The notes under the pieces are model-generated. The model was not told the DNA's origin and did no database searches. It saw only the letters and a list, made by a program, of their open reading frames with translations. DNA of 41,446 nucleotides from Methanomassiliicoccales archaeon (GTDB lineage Archaea; Thermoplasmatota; Thermoplasmata; Methanomassiliicoccales; JAUVWO01). Shown one piece after another: positions 28,584 to 37,873 of this stretch. Numbering within the stretch: the first letter of the stretch is position 1; every line of letters begins with the position of its first letter. The translations under genes were made by a program, and so were the position numbers. Location of the stretch: contig JAUVWO010000001.1 in assembly GCA_030604065.1 (NCBI GenBank), positions 1 through 41,446 on the forward strand, read 5' to 3'.

Positions 28584-30029
28584 TCAGGGGTCAGGGCGCA
28601 TACGCCACGAGTACACCGGTCGCTTGGCCGCCAACACCTCGTCGATCCTGCTTGCAGCTGTGTTGCTAGGCGCGGTCGCGAGAACCGACGCATTCTCATC
28701 CAAGATGGATAGCAGGACATCGGCGTAGCGGTCCAGCTCCTCCTTGCTTGCGGATTCGGTGGGCTCCACCATCATGGCCTCATCCACGATGAGTGGGAAG
28801 TACATGGTGGGCGCGTGCATGCCGAAGTCCAGGATGCGCTTGCTCACGTCCAACGCCCGGACGCCACGGTCCTTGAACGAGGCGGCAGACAGCACGAACT
28901 CGTGCTTGCGCAGCTCCTTGAAAGGTAGCTCGTATCCTTCCATGAGCCTCTTCTTCAGATAGTTGGAGTTGAGCACCGCCTGCGAGGACGCGTCCCGAAG
29001 GCCGTTGCTCCCTTGTCTCAGGATGTAGGTGTAAGCTCGAAGAAGCACCTCGAAATTGCCGTAGAACGATGCCACCTTGCCGATGCTCTGCGGTCGCTGA
29101 TAGTCCAGCCGGTAGCGGCCTTCATCCAGCATCACTCGTGGCACAGGCAGGAACGGTTCAAGCGGCGCCTTCACGCCCACCGGGCCGGCTCCTGGACCTC
29201 CGCCACCATGAGGGGTGGCGAACGTCTTGTGCAGGTTGAAGTGGACGATGTCGAAGCCCATGTCCCCAGGCGAGGCGTAGCCCATGATGGCGTTGAGATT
29301 AGCGCCATCGTAATACATCAGGCCTCCGGCATCCTGGACCATCTCGGCCATGAGATCGATCCGGGGCTCGAATATGCCCAGGGTGTTCGGGTTCGTGATC
29401 ATCATCGCCGCGGTCCGATCGCTCAATGCTGCATCCAACGCATCCAGGTCCACACAGCCATCTGGTAGGGAGGGGATCTCGACCACCTTGAATCCGGCCA
29501 TCATCGCCGAGGCTGGATTGGTTCCATGGGCGGTGTCGGGGACGATGACCTCATCACGTGGATCGTCACGCAAGGTGTGGTATGCCTTGGCGATCAGCAT
29601 GCCGGTGAATTCTCCCTGAGCCCCAGATGGCGGTTGCAGTGTCATCGCATCCACGCCGCCGATGACGCATAGCATCCTTTCCAGCTCGTGCATGATCCGC
29701 AGCGAGCCCTGCATTGAGGCCTCGTCCTGCAGCGGGTGCACCTGCGCCGCCTTCGGGTGGGCCGCCAGCCGATCGGCGTACTTGGGGTTGAACTTCATGG
29801 TGCAGCTGCCCAGTGGGTAGAGGCCATTGTCCAAGCAGTAGTTCATCTGACTCAGGTTCACGAAGTGGCGGACCACCTCGAACTCCGGGGCAGATGGCAG
29901 ATCCAGGCGATCCCGGGTCATGCCATTGGGCACCAGGTCGTCCACGCTGCCAGCGCCTAGGGCGTGGTCGCTTCCCCCGGACAGCTCGAACACGCTTTGA
30001 TGATCCCAGCGCGCCTGCCTCCATGTCAT
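28584..30029 (-). CDS. gcvPB: Glycine dehydrogenase (decarboxylating) subunit 2
   Basis: YPLGSCTMKFNP, AHGTNPASA, TNPNTLG, NLHKTF.TPHGGGGPG (PLP Lys), EPTES; start at MTWRQA (30029), overlapping the gcvPA stop. Confidence 0.96.
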   Translation of the reverse strand: MTWRQARWDHQSVFELSGGSDHALGAGSVDDLVPNGMTRDRLDLPSAPEFEVVRHFVNLSQMNYCLDNGLYPLGSCTMKFNPKYADRLAAHPKAAQVHPLQDEASMQGSLRIMHELERMLCVIGGVDAMTLQPPSGAQGEFTGMLIAKAYHTLRDDPRDEVIVPDTAHGTNPASAMMAGFKVVEIPSLPDGCVDLDALDAALSDRTAAMMITNPNTLGIFEPRIDLMAEMVQDAGGLMYYDGANLNAIMGYASPGDMGFDIVHFNLHKTFATPHGGGGPGAGPVGVKAPLEPFLPVPRVMLDEGRYRLDYQRPQSIGKVASFYGNFEVLLRAYTYILRQGSNGLRDASSQAVLNSNYLKKRLMEGYELPFKELRKHEFVLSAASFKDRGVRALDVSKRILDFGMHAPTMYFPLIVDEAMMVEPTESASKEELDRYADVLLSILDENASVLATAPSNTAASRIDEVLAAKRPVYSWRMRPDP

Positions 30030-31348
30030 GCCATCCCCTCCAGCAGTTCGATCAGGTTCTCGTGGTCCGCGTCGGTCTGCACCTCGTTCACTGACAGTAT
30101 CATGCAGGAGTCGAACTCCGGGCATGTCGGTCCTAGATGCATGCCGCCTATGATGCCGTTCCTCAGCAGTAGGCGGTTCACCTTCTCCACCCTCATGGGG
30201 CAGCGCACCACGAAGGAGTCGAAGTGCTGCCCGGTGAACTCCGGAGCTTCGAAGCCGGGCACCGCGTCGACCATCTCCATCAGCCTCCGGGTGCGACGCA
30301 TGTTGGAGCGGGCCAGGGATGTCAGCCCCTCTGCGCCCATGATCGAAAGGTAGGCAGCCGCCCCCACCGCCACCAGGGCCTCGTTGGAGCAGATATTGCT
30401 GGTGGCCTTGTCGCGGCGGATATGCTGCTCCCGTGTCTGGAGGGCCATGGTGTAGGCGTCCCTGCCGTTGGAGTCCTTGGTCATGCCGATGATCCGTCCT
30501 GGCGATCGGCGGGCGTCCCTCTCCCGGCAAGCGAACAGCCCTAGCATAGGCCCGCCACAGTTCATTGGCGAGCCGAGCCATTGGGCCTCGCCGATGACCA
30601 TGTCGGCACCATAGTCCCCTGGGGGTCGGAGCACCGCCATCGACAGCGGGTCGACACCGACAACCAGCAGGGCTTCGCCAGCCATCGCCTTCAGCTCCGG
30701 TGCACGGGAGTCGATGATCCCGAAGGCGTTGGGCACCTCCACGTACACGCCGGCGACGTCGTCGCCCATCCGCCCAACGAGATCGTCCATGTCCACCTCG
30801 CCAGTGATCTGGTCGTAGCCGTATTCTCCCACGGTCATGCCTGTTCCTAGAACGTAATTGTTCAGCACCGACCGCTTCTGCGGGCTCATGGCCCTTGGCA
30901 CTAGGAAGCGCTTCCTGCGGTTGATCCGCATGCACATTCTCGCCGCCTCGCCCAGCGCCGTGGTCCAGTCGTACATGGAGGAGTTCACGACATCCAGGCC
31001 CACCAGTTCGGCCATCAGGCTCTGGTACTCGAACAGTGCCTGCAGCATCCCCTGCGACATTTCCGGCTGGTACGGTGTGTAGGCGGTCCGGAACTCGGTG
31101 CGCGACACGATCTCCTCAACCGCCGCCGGGACATAGTGCTGGCGACAGTCACCGCCAAGGAAGCAAGGCATGTCGACGGCCGATCGATTCAAGGAAAGTA
31201 TCGCGTCCACATGCCGGCAGACCTCCTGTTCGGACATCCCAAGCGGAAGATCGAACTGTTCCAGCCTAAGGTGTTCGGGCACGTCGGCGAACAGATCCTC
31301 TACCGATTCCAGGCCAAGGTAGTTCAACATGCGACGGTCCAGGGACAT
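30026..31348 (-). CDS. gcvPA: Glycine dehydrogenase (decarboxylating) subunit 1
   Basis: EFRTAYTPYQPEMSQG.LQALFEYQS, NSSMYD, LQTREQHIRRDKATSNICSN; start at MSLDRR (31348). Confidence 0.96.
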   Translation of the reverse strand: MSLDRRMLNYLGLESVEDLFADVPEHLRLEQFDLPLGMSEQEVCRHVDAILSLNRSAVDMPCFLGGDCRQHYVPAAVEEIVSRTEFRTAYTPYQPEMSQGMLQALFEYQSLMAELVGLDVVNSSMYDWTTALGEAARMCMRINRRKRFLVPRAMSPQKRSVLNNYVLGTGMTVGEYGYDQITGEVDMDDLVGRMGDDVAGVYVEVPNAFGIIDSRAPELKAMAGEALLVVGVDPLSMAVLRPPGDYGADMVIGEAQWLGSPMNCGGPMLGLFACRERDARRSPGRIIGMTKDSNGRDAYTMALQTREQHIRRDKATSNICSNEALVAVGAAAYLSIMGAEGLTSLARSNMRRTRRLMEMVDAVPGFEAPEFTGQHFDSFVVRCPMRVEKVNRLLLRNGIIGGMHLGPTCPEFDSCMILSVNEVQTDADHENLIELLEGMA

Positions 31349-31382
31349 ATGGATGGCTATGGTCGAGGGGGTAGAAATATTT

Positions 31383-31838
31383 TCATGGCCGATCTTCTGC
31401 CCTGTTCTTCCTTGGCATCCGTATCGGAGTGCCCCTTTGACGGTGCACGTTGGCCACCAATCGCGAGTACAGCGCTGGCAGCGATTGCACATCCTTGACC
31501 TCGGTGCGCACCAGCATGACGATGCGTCGCCGGTATTCGATATCGTAGGGGACCTGATTGGCGTCCATCGACTCGCGCAGGCGACGGGCGATCTGGCCCC
31601 CGGTACGGTCCCAGTCGGTCAGCACGACCGCCCGCTTGCTCTCGCTGGCCAGTCGTTCCCCTACGGAGAACAAAGTGCCCTGCCCCTGGACCTGCCATAT
31701 CTCCCCGTACACGCCCAGCAGGTTCAGCGCTCCACGGTCGCGTATGCCCTCCACCAATATGACAACGTCGGGGTCTCGGGCGGACAGCTCATCCATGATC
31801 TCCTCCAGCTTCTCCAAGGCGGCCTCGGGGTGGATCAT
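31383..31838 (-). CDS. Small Toprim-domain protein (RNase M5/primase-like)
   Basis: ILVEGIRDRGAL and LTDWDRTG Toprim motifs; start at MIHPEA (31838). Confidence 0.88.
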   Translation of the reverse strand: MIHPEAALEKLEEIMDELSARDPDVVILVEGIRDRGALNLLGVYGEIWQVQGQGTLFSVGERLASESKRAVVLTDWDRTGGQIARRLRESMDANQVPYDIEYRRRIVMLVRTEVKDVQSLPALYSRLVANVHRQRGTPIRMPRKNRAEDRP

Positions 31839-32131
31839 CCATGCACCTCCAGCATCTTGGCCACCTTTTCTGGCGGCAGCGGCACGAATACCGTTTTCTG
31901 TCTCGAGGTATGACCGCGAACCACCTCGGTCGGAGCCGACACGATGCCGGTCATGAGCTTGCATATCTCGTTATTGGCGCGCCCTTTGGACGGCGGCGCA
32001 GTGACCTTGACCACCAGCCGGTGTCGCCACGGGTTCACTCCCTCGATGCCGGCCCGTCCGGCTTTGGGCGACACCATCAGATCGATCTCGGTGCCGCCCT
32101 CCACGGCATGCAAGGTCTCGCTCGCGTCCAC
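31835..32131 (-). CDS. DUF167 (UPF0235/YggU) protein
   Basis: VSPKA, VKVTAPPSKGRAN, GHTSRQK. Confidence 0.92.
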   Translation of the reverse strand: MDASETLHAVEGGTEIDLMVSPKAGRAGIEGVNPWRHRLVVKVTAPPSKGRANNEICKLMTGIVSAPTEVVRGHTSRQKTVFVPLPPEKVAKMLEVHG

Positions 32132-32209
32132 GGCAGCATGATGGTGTATGGATTAATGGATGTTGTCCCGGTCGGCAAGTCCAAATACGCACTAGGGGAT
32201 TCTCATGGC

Positions 32210-32968
32210 GTGGACGATGCGGAGCAGATGACGTTCGATGACCTGACCAAGGCTTACAGGGAGGAGAACCGCTCTCCCCGATTGTCCGAGCTCAGGCACG
32301 ACTTTCACCCTGCTCTGAGGGATCTGCTCCAACGCATTACCGAGGACTATGAGATGGAGTTCCAGAGAGAGCCGTTCTCCATCCTGGCCCAGGGATTGAA
32401 CGATCAGAGGGCCAAGATACTGCGCTATGCACAGATGACCATCTATCTGCGGCTGAAGAAGATAGTGATCATGGCGTTGATGAAGGCCATGGGCGGGGCT
32501 GCGGACAAGGAACGCTTTCTTCCAGAGGAGCGGGACTTCTTCACGGCCAGTCTGGAGATCACCGAGGGGCAGCGGCAGGCCCTGATGCTGCGGTCAAGCC
32601 CCCGTCTCACAGCGGCGACTCCGGCGGAGGAGCGATCCAACGACGCCCCCGGATCGGAGGCGCAACCGCTGGACATCGAACCGATACCAGATGCGCCAAG
32701 ATCGATCGATGAGCCCGAGTCAGTGCCTATGGTGATAGAGACGCTCATAGAGGAGACCGAACCAGCACCGGAGCCGGTGATGGAGGTCCCCGACCTGCCG
32801 GAACGCTCGGCCGATTACATCATCGTCCGGGTGCTCGAAGAGATACCGCCGTTCGCTGGGCCAGAACGCAACTACCGCCTGCGCAAGGAGGACGTGGTCA
32901 CACTGCCTCACGTTATCGGTCAAGCACTAGTGGCAAAGGGCATGGCTCAGGAGATCAGGCCGCACTAG
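32210..32968 (+). CDS. DNA replication GINS subunit (Gins51/15-type)
   Basis: Helical A-domain (YREE....LSEL..DF...RLKKIV..A...LPEE); acidic Pro-rich linker; B-domain VRVLEEIPPFAG...Y.L.KEDVVTLP...LVAKG; start at GTG 32210 or ATG 32228. Confidence 0.85.
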   Translation: MDDAEQMTFDDLTKAYREENRSPRLSELRHDFHPALRDLLQRITEDYEMEFQREPFSILAQGLNDQRAKILRYAQMTIYLRLKKIVIMALMKAMGGAADKERFLPEERDFFTASLEITEGQRQALMLRSSPRLTAATPAEERSNDAPGSEAQPLDIEPIPDAPRSIDEPESVPMVIETLIEETEPAPEPVMEVPDLPERSADYIIVRVLEEIPPFAGPERNYRLRKEDVVTLPHVIGQALVAKGMAQEIRPH

Positions 32969-33837
32969 CGTTCCTTGCACTTGCGATCTATCACTTCAGT
33001 GATGAATTTGCAGATGTCATCGCCATAGCGGGGATCGGCGACCGCGAACTCGATCTGGGTCTTCAGCCAACCCGTCACATCGCCCACGTCGTAACGATGT
33101 CCCTCGAACTCGTAAGCGTAAACGTCCTCCTGCTGGGCCAGCTCGTTGAGCGCATCGGTGAGCTGGATCTCTCCATGCTTTCCAGGTGCGGTACTCTTCA
33201 GCAGCTTGAATATCGTTGGCGACAGCACATAGGTGCCTGTGATGGCGATGTCGGAGGGCGCTTCCTCGATGGACGGCTTCTCCACTAGGGAGTCCACCTT
33301 GATCAGACCGTTCCCGACCATCCGGCCGGATACGATGCCGTATTGCGACACACGGTCCTGGCCCACACGCTCCACTCCTATGACCGATCCACCGGTGCGC
33401 TCGTGCACGTCCATCAGCTGCTTCAGCACCGGCACCGGTGACACCGTGATGTTGTCCCCTAGCATCACGGCGAAGAACTCATTGCCGACATGATCGCGTC
33501 CCAGGCCGACGGCGTCTCCGAGCCCCTTGGGTGAATTCTGTCTGATGAAATGGAAGCTGGCCATGTCCGGGATCTTGGTGATGAGGGGCAGCAACGCTCG
33601 CTTTCCGTTGATGCTGAGATGATTCTCCAACTCCCATGAACGATCGAAGTAGTCCTCGATGATATGCTTTCCTTTGCCGATGACGATCAGGATATCGTCC
33701 ACGCCGGACTCCACCGCCTCCTCCACCACGTAATGGATGGTGGGCCGGTCGATGATGGGCATCATCTCCTTCGGTGAGGCCTTGGTCAGCGGCAGGAACC
33801 TGGTCCCCAACCCTGCAGCTGGAATAACTACCTTCAA
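32965..33837 (-). CDS. galU: UTP--glucose-1-phosphate uridylyltransferase
   Basis: VIPAAGLGTRFLPLTKASPKEM, PKGLGDA, YGIV, VEKP, GEIQLTDA, RYDVG. Confidence 0.95.
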   Translation of the reverse strand: MKVVIPAAGLGTRFLPLTKASPKEMMPIIDRPTIHYVVEEAVESGVDDILIVIGKGKHIIEDYFDRSWELENHLSINGKRALLPLITKIPDMASFHFIRQNSPKGLGDAVGLGRDHVGNEFFAVMLGDNITVSPVPVLKQLMDVHERTGGSVIGVERVGQDRVSQYGIVSGRMVGNGLIKVDSLVEKPSIEEAPSDIAITGTYVLSPTIFKLLKSTAPGKHGEIQLTDALNELAQQEDVYAYEFEGHRYDVGDVTGWLKTQIEFAVADPRYGDDICKFITEVIDRKCKER

Positions 33838-33905
33838 ATGTGCACCCCTGATTATGGATGGATGGGGTTCAGGTATTTAAATGGAATCGGACCGTTATCA
33901 GCGGG

Positions 33906-34667
33906 TCACACACGTAGGCTGCGACAGTCGCCTAGGCACTCCAGGCAGTCCAGCTGCCTTTCGGGGATGCTGGCCTTCTCGGCCACGGTCCGCACCGCCA
34001 CCTCGGGCATGTTGTTGTTCTTGCTCAGGTGGCCTAGGAACACCTTCCTATGGGGGCGCGAGGTCTCCTTCAGCGCCCTGGCGCAATCATTGTTGGACAG
34101 ATGGCCCTCATCGCTGCGGATCCACTGTTTCAAGAAGAAGGGGTAAGGGCCGCTCTCCAGCATCTCTGGATCGTAATTGGATTCGATCACCACCAGATCG
34201 GCGCGGGGCAGCCATTCCTGGATGCTCCAGGTAACGGTACCCGTGTCGGTGGCCATCAGGAAGCATCGGCCGCCGTACTCCAGGGCGTAGGCGTTGGGTT
34301 CCGCCGCCCTATGGGAGGTGCGCAGCGGCTGCACACTCACTTCCTTGATGGTGAACGGCTTCAACGACGAGAATGTCTCCTTGCGCTCCACCTTGCCCAG
34401 CTTGGAGTTCATCAAGGTGGCGTTGTTGGCGTGCACTGGCACCTTGAACCGGCGGGAGATGACCCCGGCGCCGCGTACGTGGTCCTGATGCTCGTGCGTC
34501 AGCAGGATGGCATCCAGGTCCTTGGGATCCACACCGACCCGGTCCATCTGGGCCACCAGTTTCTTCCCGGACAGTCCAGCGTCGATCATGATGACCGTGT
34601 CTCCGGCGCATACCACGGTGCAGTTGCCGTCGCTGCCCGACGCTAGTACGTGAACCTCGAAGCTCAA
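33906..34667 (-). CDS. MBL-fold metallo-hydrolase (YycJ/WalJ-like)
   Basis: LASGSDGN, IDAG, THEHQDH, TDTG, ESNYD, GHLSN, HLSKNNN. Confidence 0.9.
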   Translation of the reverse strand: MSFEVHVLASGSDGNCTVVCAGDTVIMIDAGLSGKKLVAQMDRVGVDPKDLDAILLTHEHQDHVRGAGVISRRFKVPVHANNATLMNSKLGKVERKETFSSLKPFTIKEVSVQPLRTSHRAAEPNAYALEYGGRCFLMATDTGTVTWSIQEWLPRADLVVIESNYDPEMLESGPYPFFLKQWIRSDEGHLSNNDCARALKETSRPHRKVFLGHLSKNNNMPEVAVRTVAEKASIPERQLDCLECLGDCRSLRV

Positions 34668-34760
34668 TCCTGCCCTCTCTAATCAGGAATCGGGCGCTTT
34701 GATAAATAGATTGAGCCTCCCCCGCCAAGTATTATCTATTCCCGAGTCATGGATGTCGGC

Positions 34761-35801
34761 ATGGAGGGAATGACCCTTCTCGTCACTGGCGGGGCTGGAT
34801 TCATAGGCAGCAACTTCGTGCACCATTTGCTGGAGAGGTATAGCGACATAGCCGTGATCGACCTGGACATGCTCACGTACGCGGTCAACCTGGCCAATCT
34901 ATCAGATCTGGAGGCCGATCCCAGGCACACATTCGTTCGCGGGGACATATGCGACCGGAAGATGGTGGACCGGCTCTTCCAGGAACATCGTCCGGACATG
35001 GTGATCAACTTCGCCGCCGAGTCCCATGTGGATCGATCCATACTGGAACCGGATGTGTTCGTACGCACGAACGTGCTTGGGGCGCAGTGTCTGCTGGGTG
35101 CCGCCCGCGAGCACGAAGTGGAACGCTTTCTGCAGGTCTCGACCGACGAGGTCTATGGTTCATTGGGTCCGGAGGGCCTGTTCACCGAGGATACGCCGAT
35201 CGACCCCTCCAGTCCATACTCGGCTAGCAAGGCAGGGGCCGACCTGCTAGCCTTGGCCTACAACCGCACCTTCGGGTCCCCTGTGCTGATCACTCGCTGC
35301 TCAAACAACTACGGACCGTACCAGTTCCCGGAGAAGCTGATACCGGTGATAATCATGAATTGCCTCGAGGGGCGGCCGATCCCGGTGTACGGCGATGGCA
35401 TGAATGTGCGCGATTGGCTGTACGTCGGGGATCACTGCTCCGCCATCTGCCGGGTGCTAAAGCGCGGCCGTCCGGGCGAGGTGTACAACGTTGGAGGCAA
35501 CAATGAATGCACCAATATCGACATGGTGCGGACCATCATCCGCATCATGGCCGACCGACTGCCGGATGCGGGGATCGATGAGTCGCTGATAAGCTTCGTC
35601 GCCGACCGCAAGGGGCACGACCGCCGTTACGCCATAGACGCGTCCAAGATCGCCTCCGACCTCGGCTGGGAGCCGACCACAAGCTTCGAGAGGGGCATGG
35701 CCGAGACCGTGGACTGGTCTCTCGAGAACAGGGGATGGATGGACTCCGTGATAAGCAAGGACTATCTGAACTACTACGACCGGAACTACAGCCAGCGATG
35801 A
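34761..35801 (+). CDS. rfbB: dTDP-glucose 4,6-dehydratase
   Basis: VTGGAGFIGSN, FAAESHVDRSI, STDEVYG, PYSASKA, NNYGPYQFPEKLIP, DRKGHDRRY; start could be 34749, 34761 or 34770. Confidence 0.96.
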   Translation: MEGMTLLVTGGAGFIGSNFVHHLLERYSDIAVIDLDMLTYAVNLANLSDLEADPRHTFVRGDICDRKMVDRLFQEHRPDMVINFAAESHVDRSILEPDVFVRTNVLGAQCLLGAAREHEVERFLQVSTDEVYGSLGPEGLFTEDTPIDPSSPYSASKAGADLLALAYNRTFGSPVLITRCSNNYGPYQFPEKLIPVIIMNCLEGRPIPVYGDGMNVRDWLYVGDHCSAICRVLKRGRPGEVYNVGGNNECTNIDMVRTIIRIMADRLPDAGIDESLISFVADRKGHDRRYAIDASKIASDLGWEPTTSFERGMAETVDWSLENRGWMDSVISKDYLNYYDRNYSQR

Positions 35802-36293
35802 TCAATCGCTGGCCCTTTTGTTCCGGTACATGGACCAGATGATGTCGCCCCGGGAAACGATACCGACAAGGCGCCCTTTCTCCAGCACGGGTATCCGGTT
35901 GACCTGATGCTTGGACATGGCCTCGATCGCCACCATGATATTGGCGTCTGGACCTACGTTCACCACGGCCAGGGTCATGATGTCGCCGACCTTGACATTG
36001 GATATCTCCTCATAGGCCTTGAGGAACTCCTTGTCATCGACCAGCTCGTCGAACGGGACGGTCAGGAATGTGATGTAGGGATGCTTGACCTGGATCCGCT
36101 CTTGGAAACCCTTCACGTATTCGAGGATGTCGGTCTCGCTGAGGATCCCGACCAAAATTCCGTTCTCATCGACCACCGGCGCTCCGGAGATGCCGTCCAG
36201 GGCGAAGGTCACAGCCGCTTCCTTCAAGGTATCGCTCTGCTTCAAGGTCACGACTGACGAGGTCATCACGTCACGGATCCTGAGGTCGTCCAT
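35802..36293 (-). CDS. CBS-domain pair protein
   Basis: IRDVMT..V, ISGAPVVD...LVGILSETDI; VGDIMT, NRIPV..G.LVGIVSRGDI. Confidence 0.92.
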   Translation of the reverse strand: MDDLRIRDVMTSSVVTLKQSDTLKEAAVTFALDGISGAPVVDENGILVGILSETDILEYVKGFQERIQVKHPYITFLTVPFDELVDDKEFLKAYEEISNVKVGDIMTLAVVNVGPDANIMVAIEAMSKHQVNRIPVLEKGRLVGIVSRGDIIWSMYRNKRASD

Positions 36294-36401
36294 GGGTGTT
36301 CACAAGACCCTACTTCGATTTAAGGGATTTGGTCTCCAAGGAGAACATGATTTTATACCCCTATTTTGTTGGGACAAGGGTCCATAACGTTTGGGGATAC
36401 C

Positions 36402-37847
36402 ATGAGCTTCAAGGCGATGATACGTGACATGGGGTATTACACCCTCGCCAAGGTGGTCATGGTCGTCTGCAGCTTCATAGCTCTGCCCATCATAACCAAG
36501 GAGCTAGGAGCCACCGAATACGGGATATGGAGCCAGCTCTTCACAACCATCACCCTGCTGTCCCCCATAGCGGCCATGGGCCTGCCTTCGTCGCTGCTCC
36601 GCTTCTTCTCCCATGTGAAGGACAGGTCGGAGCTCTGCCGAGGATTCTCCACCGTATTCGTGACAGTGGCGTTGGGTTGCATCGTCATCGGTTCCATCGT
36701 ATGGCTGGTGGCCACTCCATTCGCCACGATCGTGCTGGGCAACCCGAATTTTGCAACATATATTCAGTATACGGTCATACTCCTTGTTCCCACAGTCCTG
36801 AACGGCATCAACGTTATGCTGTTACGGGCCACCGACCGGATCAAGCAGTATTCATTGCTCGTGATGCTGCAATCCATTCTGGTGCTATTATCGGTCGTGA
36901 TATTGCTCTATAGAGGTAATGGGCTGTGGGGGGTACTGATCGGCAACATAGTTGGTCAGACCGTTTTCTTCCTGCTTTCCTTCACCGTCATCGTAGGCCA
37001 TATAAGCTTCTGTAGGCCCGATTTCCACAGGCTGCCCGAGTTCCTCAAGTTCGGTCTGCCCCTGATGCCTGGCTCTGTGGTGGGATGGGTGACGGAGCTG
37101 AGTGACAGATATCTGGTGGGGATCCTCTTGGGGATGAGTTGGGCTGGGATATACGCCGCAGCATACTCCACCGCATCCGTGCTGGACAACATGATCTTCA
37201 TAATTCAGGTGACCTTATTGCCGACCCTGACCCGGATACGGGAGTCTGGGGACATAGGGAAGATCAACCATTACCTCTCGATCACCTATCGCTACTACTT
37301 GCTTCTAATAATTCCTGCCGTGATCGGTGTAACGATTCTAGCAGAGCCCTTGCTGTTGATACTGACCACGGAGGAGTTTGCGATAGGTGCTAGCATCGTG
37401 GGTGTCATTGCCATTGGCATCATGTTCAACGGGCTTGGGCAGATAACATCGAATGTCGCGTTCATCGAGAGGAAGACACGTGTGATACTCATGGCCCAGG
37501 CCGTTGGTGCAATATTCAATCTATCGCTCAACCTCCTCCTTATCCCTATGATTGGTATAATGGGAGCTGCGATATCCACGCTGCTTGCCTACGGCCTGAT
37601 GCTGATGGTGTACAGTCGCTATGCTAGATCGCTCGTGGATATATCCCCTGATTGGATATTCATGTTCAAGTGCATCCTCTCCGCAGCCATAATGGGGTTG
37701 GCAGTTTACTTGTTGAGCCCGTCCGGTCTGCTGCAGGTCGCACTCACCGTGGTGCTGGGTGCCGTATTGTATATGTTGCTCATGCTCGCCAGTGGAGGGA
37801 TCGAGCGAAATGAGATGAAAAAGGCTCTGATGCTTACCAGACGTTGA
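36402..37847 (+). CDS. Polysaccharide flippase (Wzx/MOP family)
   Basis: LPIITKELGATEYG, LKFGLP, DRYLVG..LG...AGIY, NL.LIP..GIMGAA; many TM segments; ATG at 36402. Confidence 0.9.
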   Translation: MSFKAMIRDMGYYTLAKVVMVVCSFIALPIITKELGATEYGIWSQLFTTITLLSPIAAMGLPSSLLRFFSHVKDRSELCRGFSTVFVTVALGCIVIGSIVWLVATPFATIVLGNPNFATYIQYTVILLVPTVLNGINVMLLRATDRIKQYSLLVMLQSILVLLSVVILLYRGNGLWGVLIGNIVGQTVFFLLSFTVIVGHISFCRPDFHRLPEFLKFGLPLMPGSVVGWVTELSDRYLVGILLGMSWAGIYAAAYSTASVLDNMIFIIQVTLLPTLTRIRESGDIGKINHYLSITYRYYLLLIIPAVIGVTILAEPLLLILTTEEFAIGASIVGVIAIGIMFNGLGQITSNVAFIERKTRVILMAQAVGAIFNLSLNLLLIPMIGIMGAAISTLLAYGLMLMVYSRYARSLVDISPDWIFMFKCILSAAIMGLAVYLLSPSGLLQVALTVVLGAVLYMLLMLASGGIERNEMKKALMLTRR

Positions 37848-37873
37848 AATATTGATTGCGCGGATAAGGTTGC

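Noticed and set aside
28584..30935. 783-aa ORF suggesting a long or fused glycine dehydrogenase
   Set aside because: The N-terminal ~300 aa is an Arg-rich off-frame read of gcvPA; GcvPB similarity starts at MTWRQA (30029), overlapping the gcvPA stop
3041..32968. Pyrrolysine (TAG) read-through of TAG-ending genes (rbr, flippase, rpl7ae, ribK, GINS, galU)
   Set aside because: Each TAG falls at the expected family C-terminus; the extensions I translated (rbr, rpl7ae, ribK) are non-protein-like, and rpl7ae is not in frame with rps28e; no pyl genes are in the window
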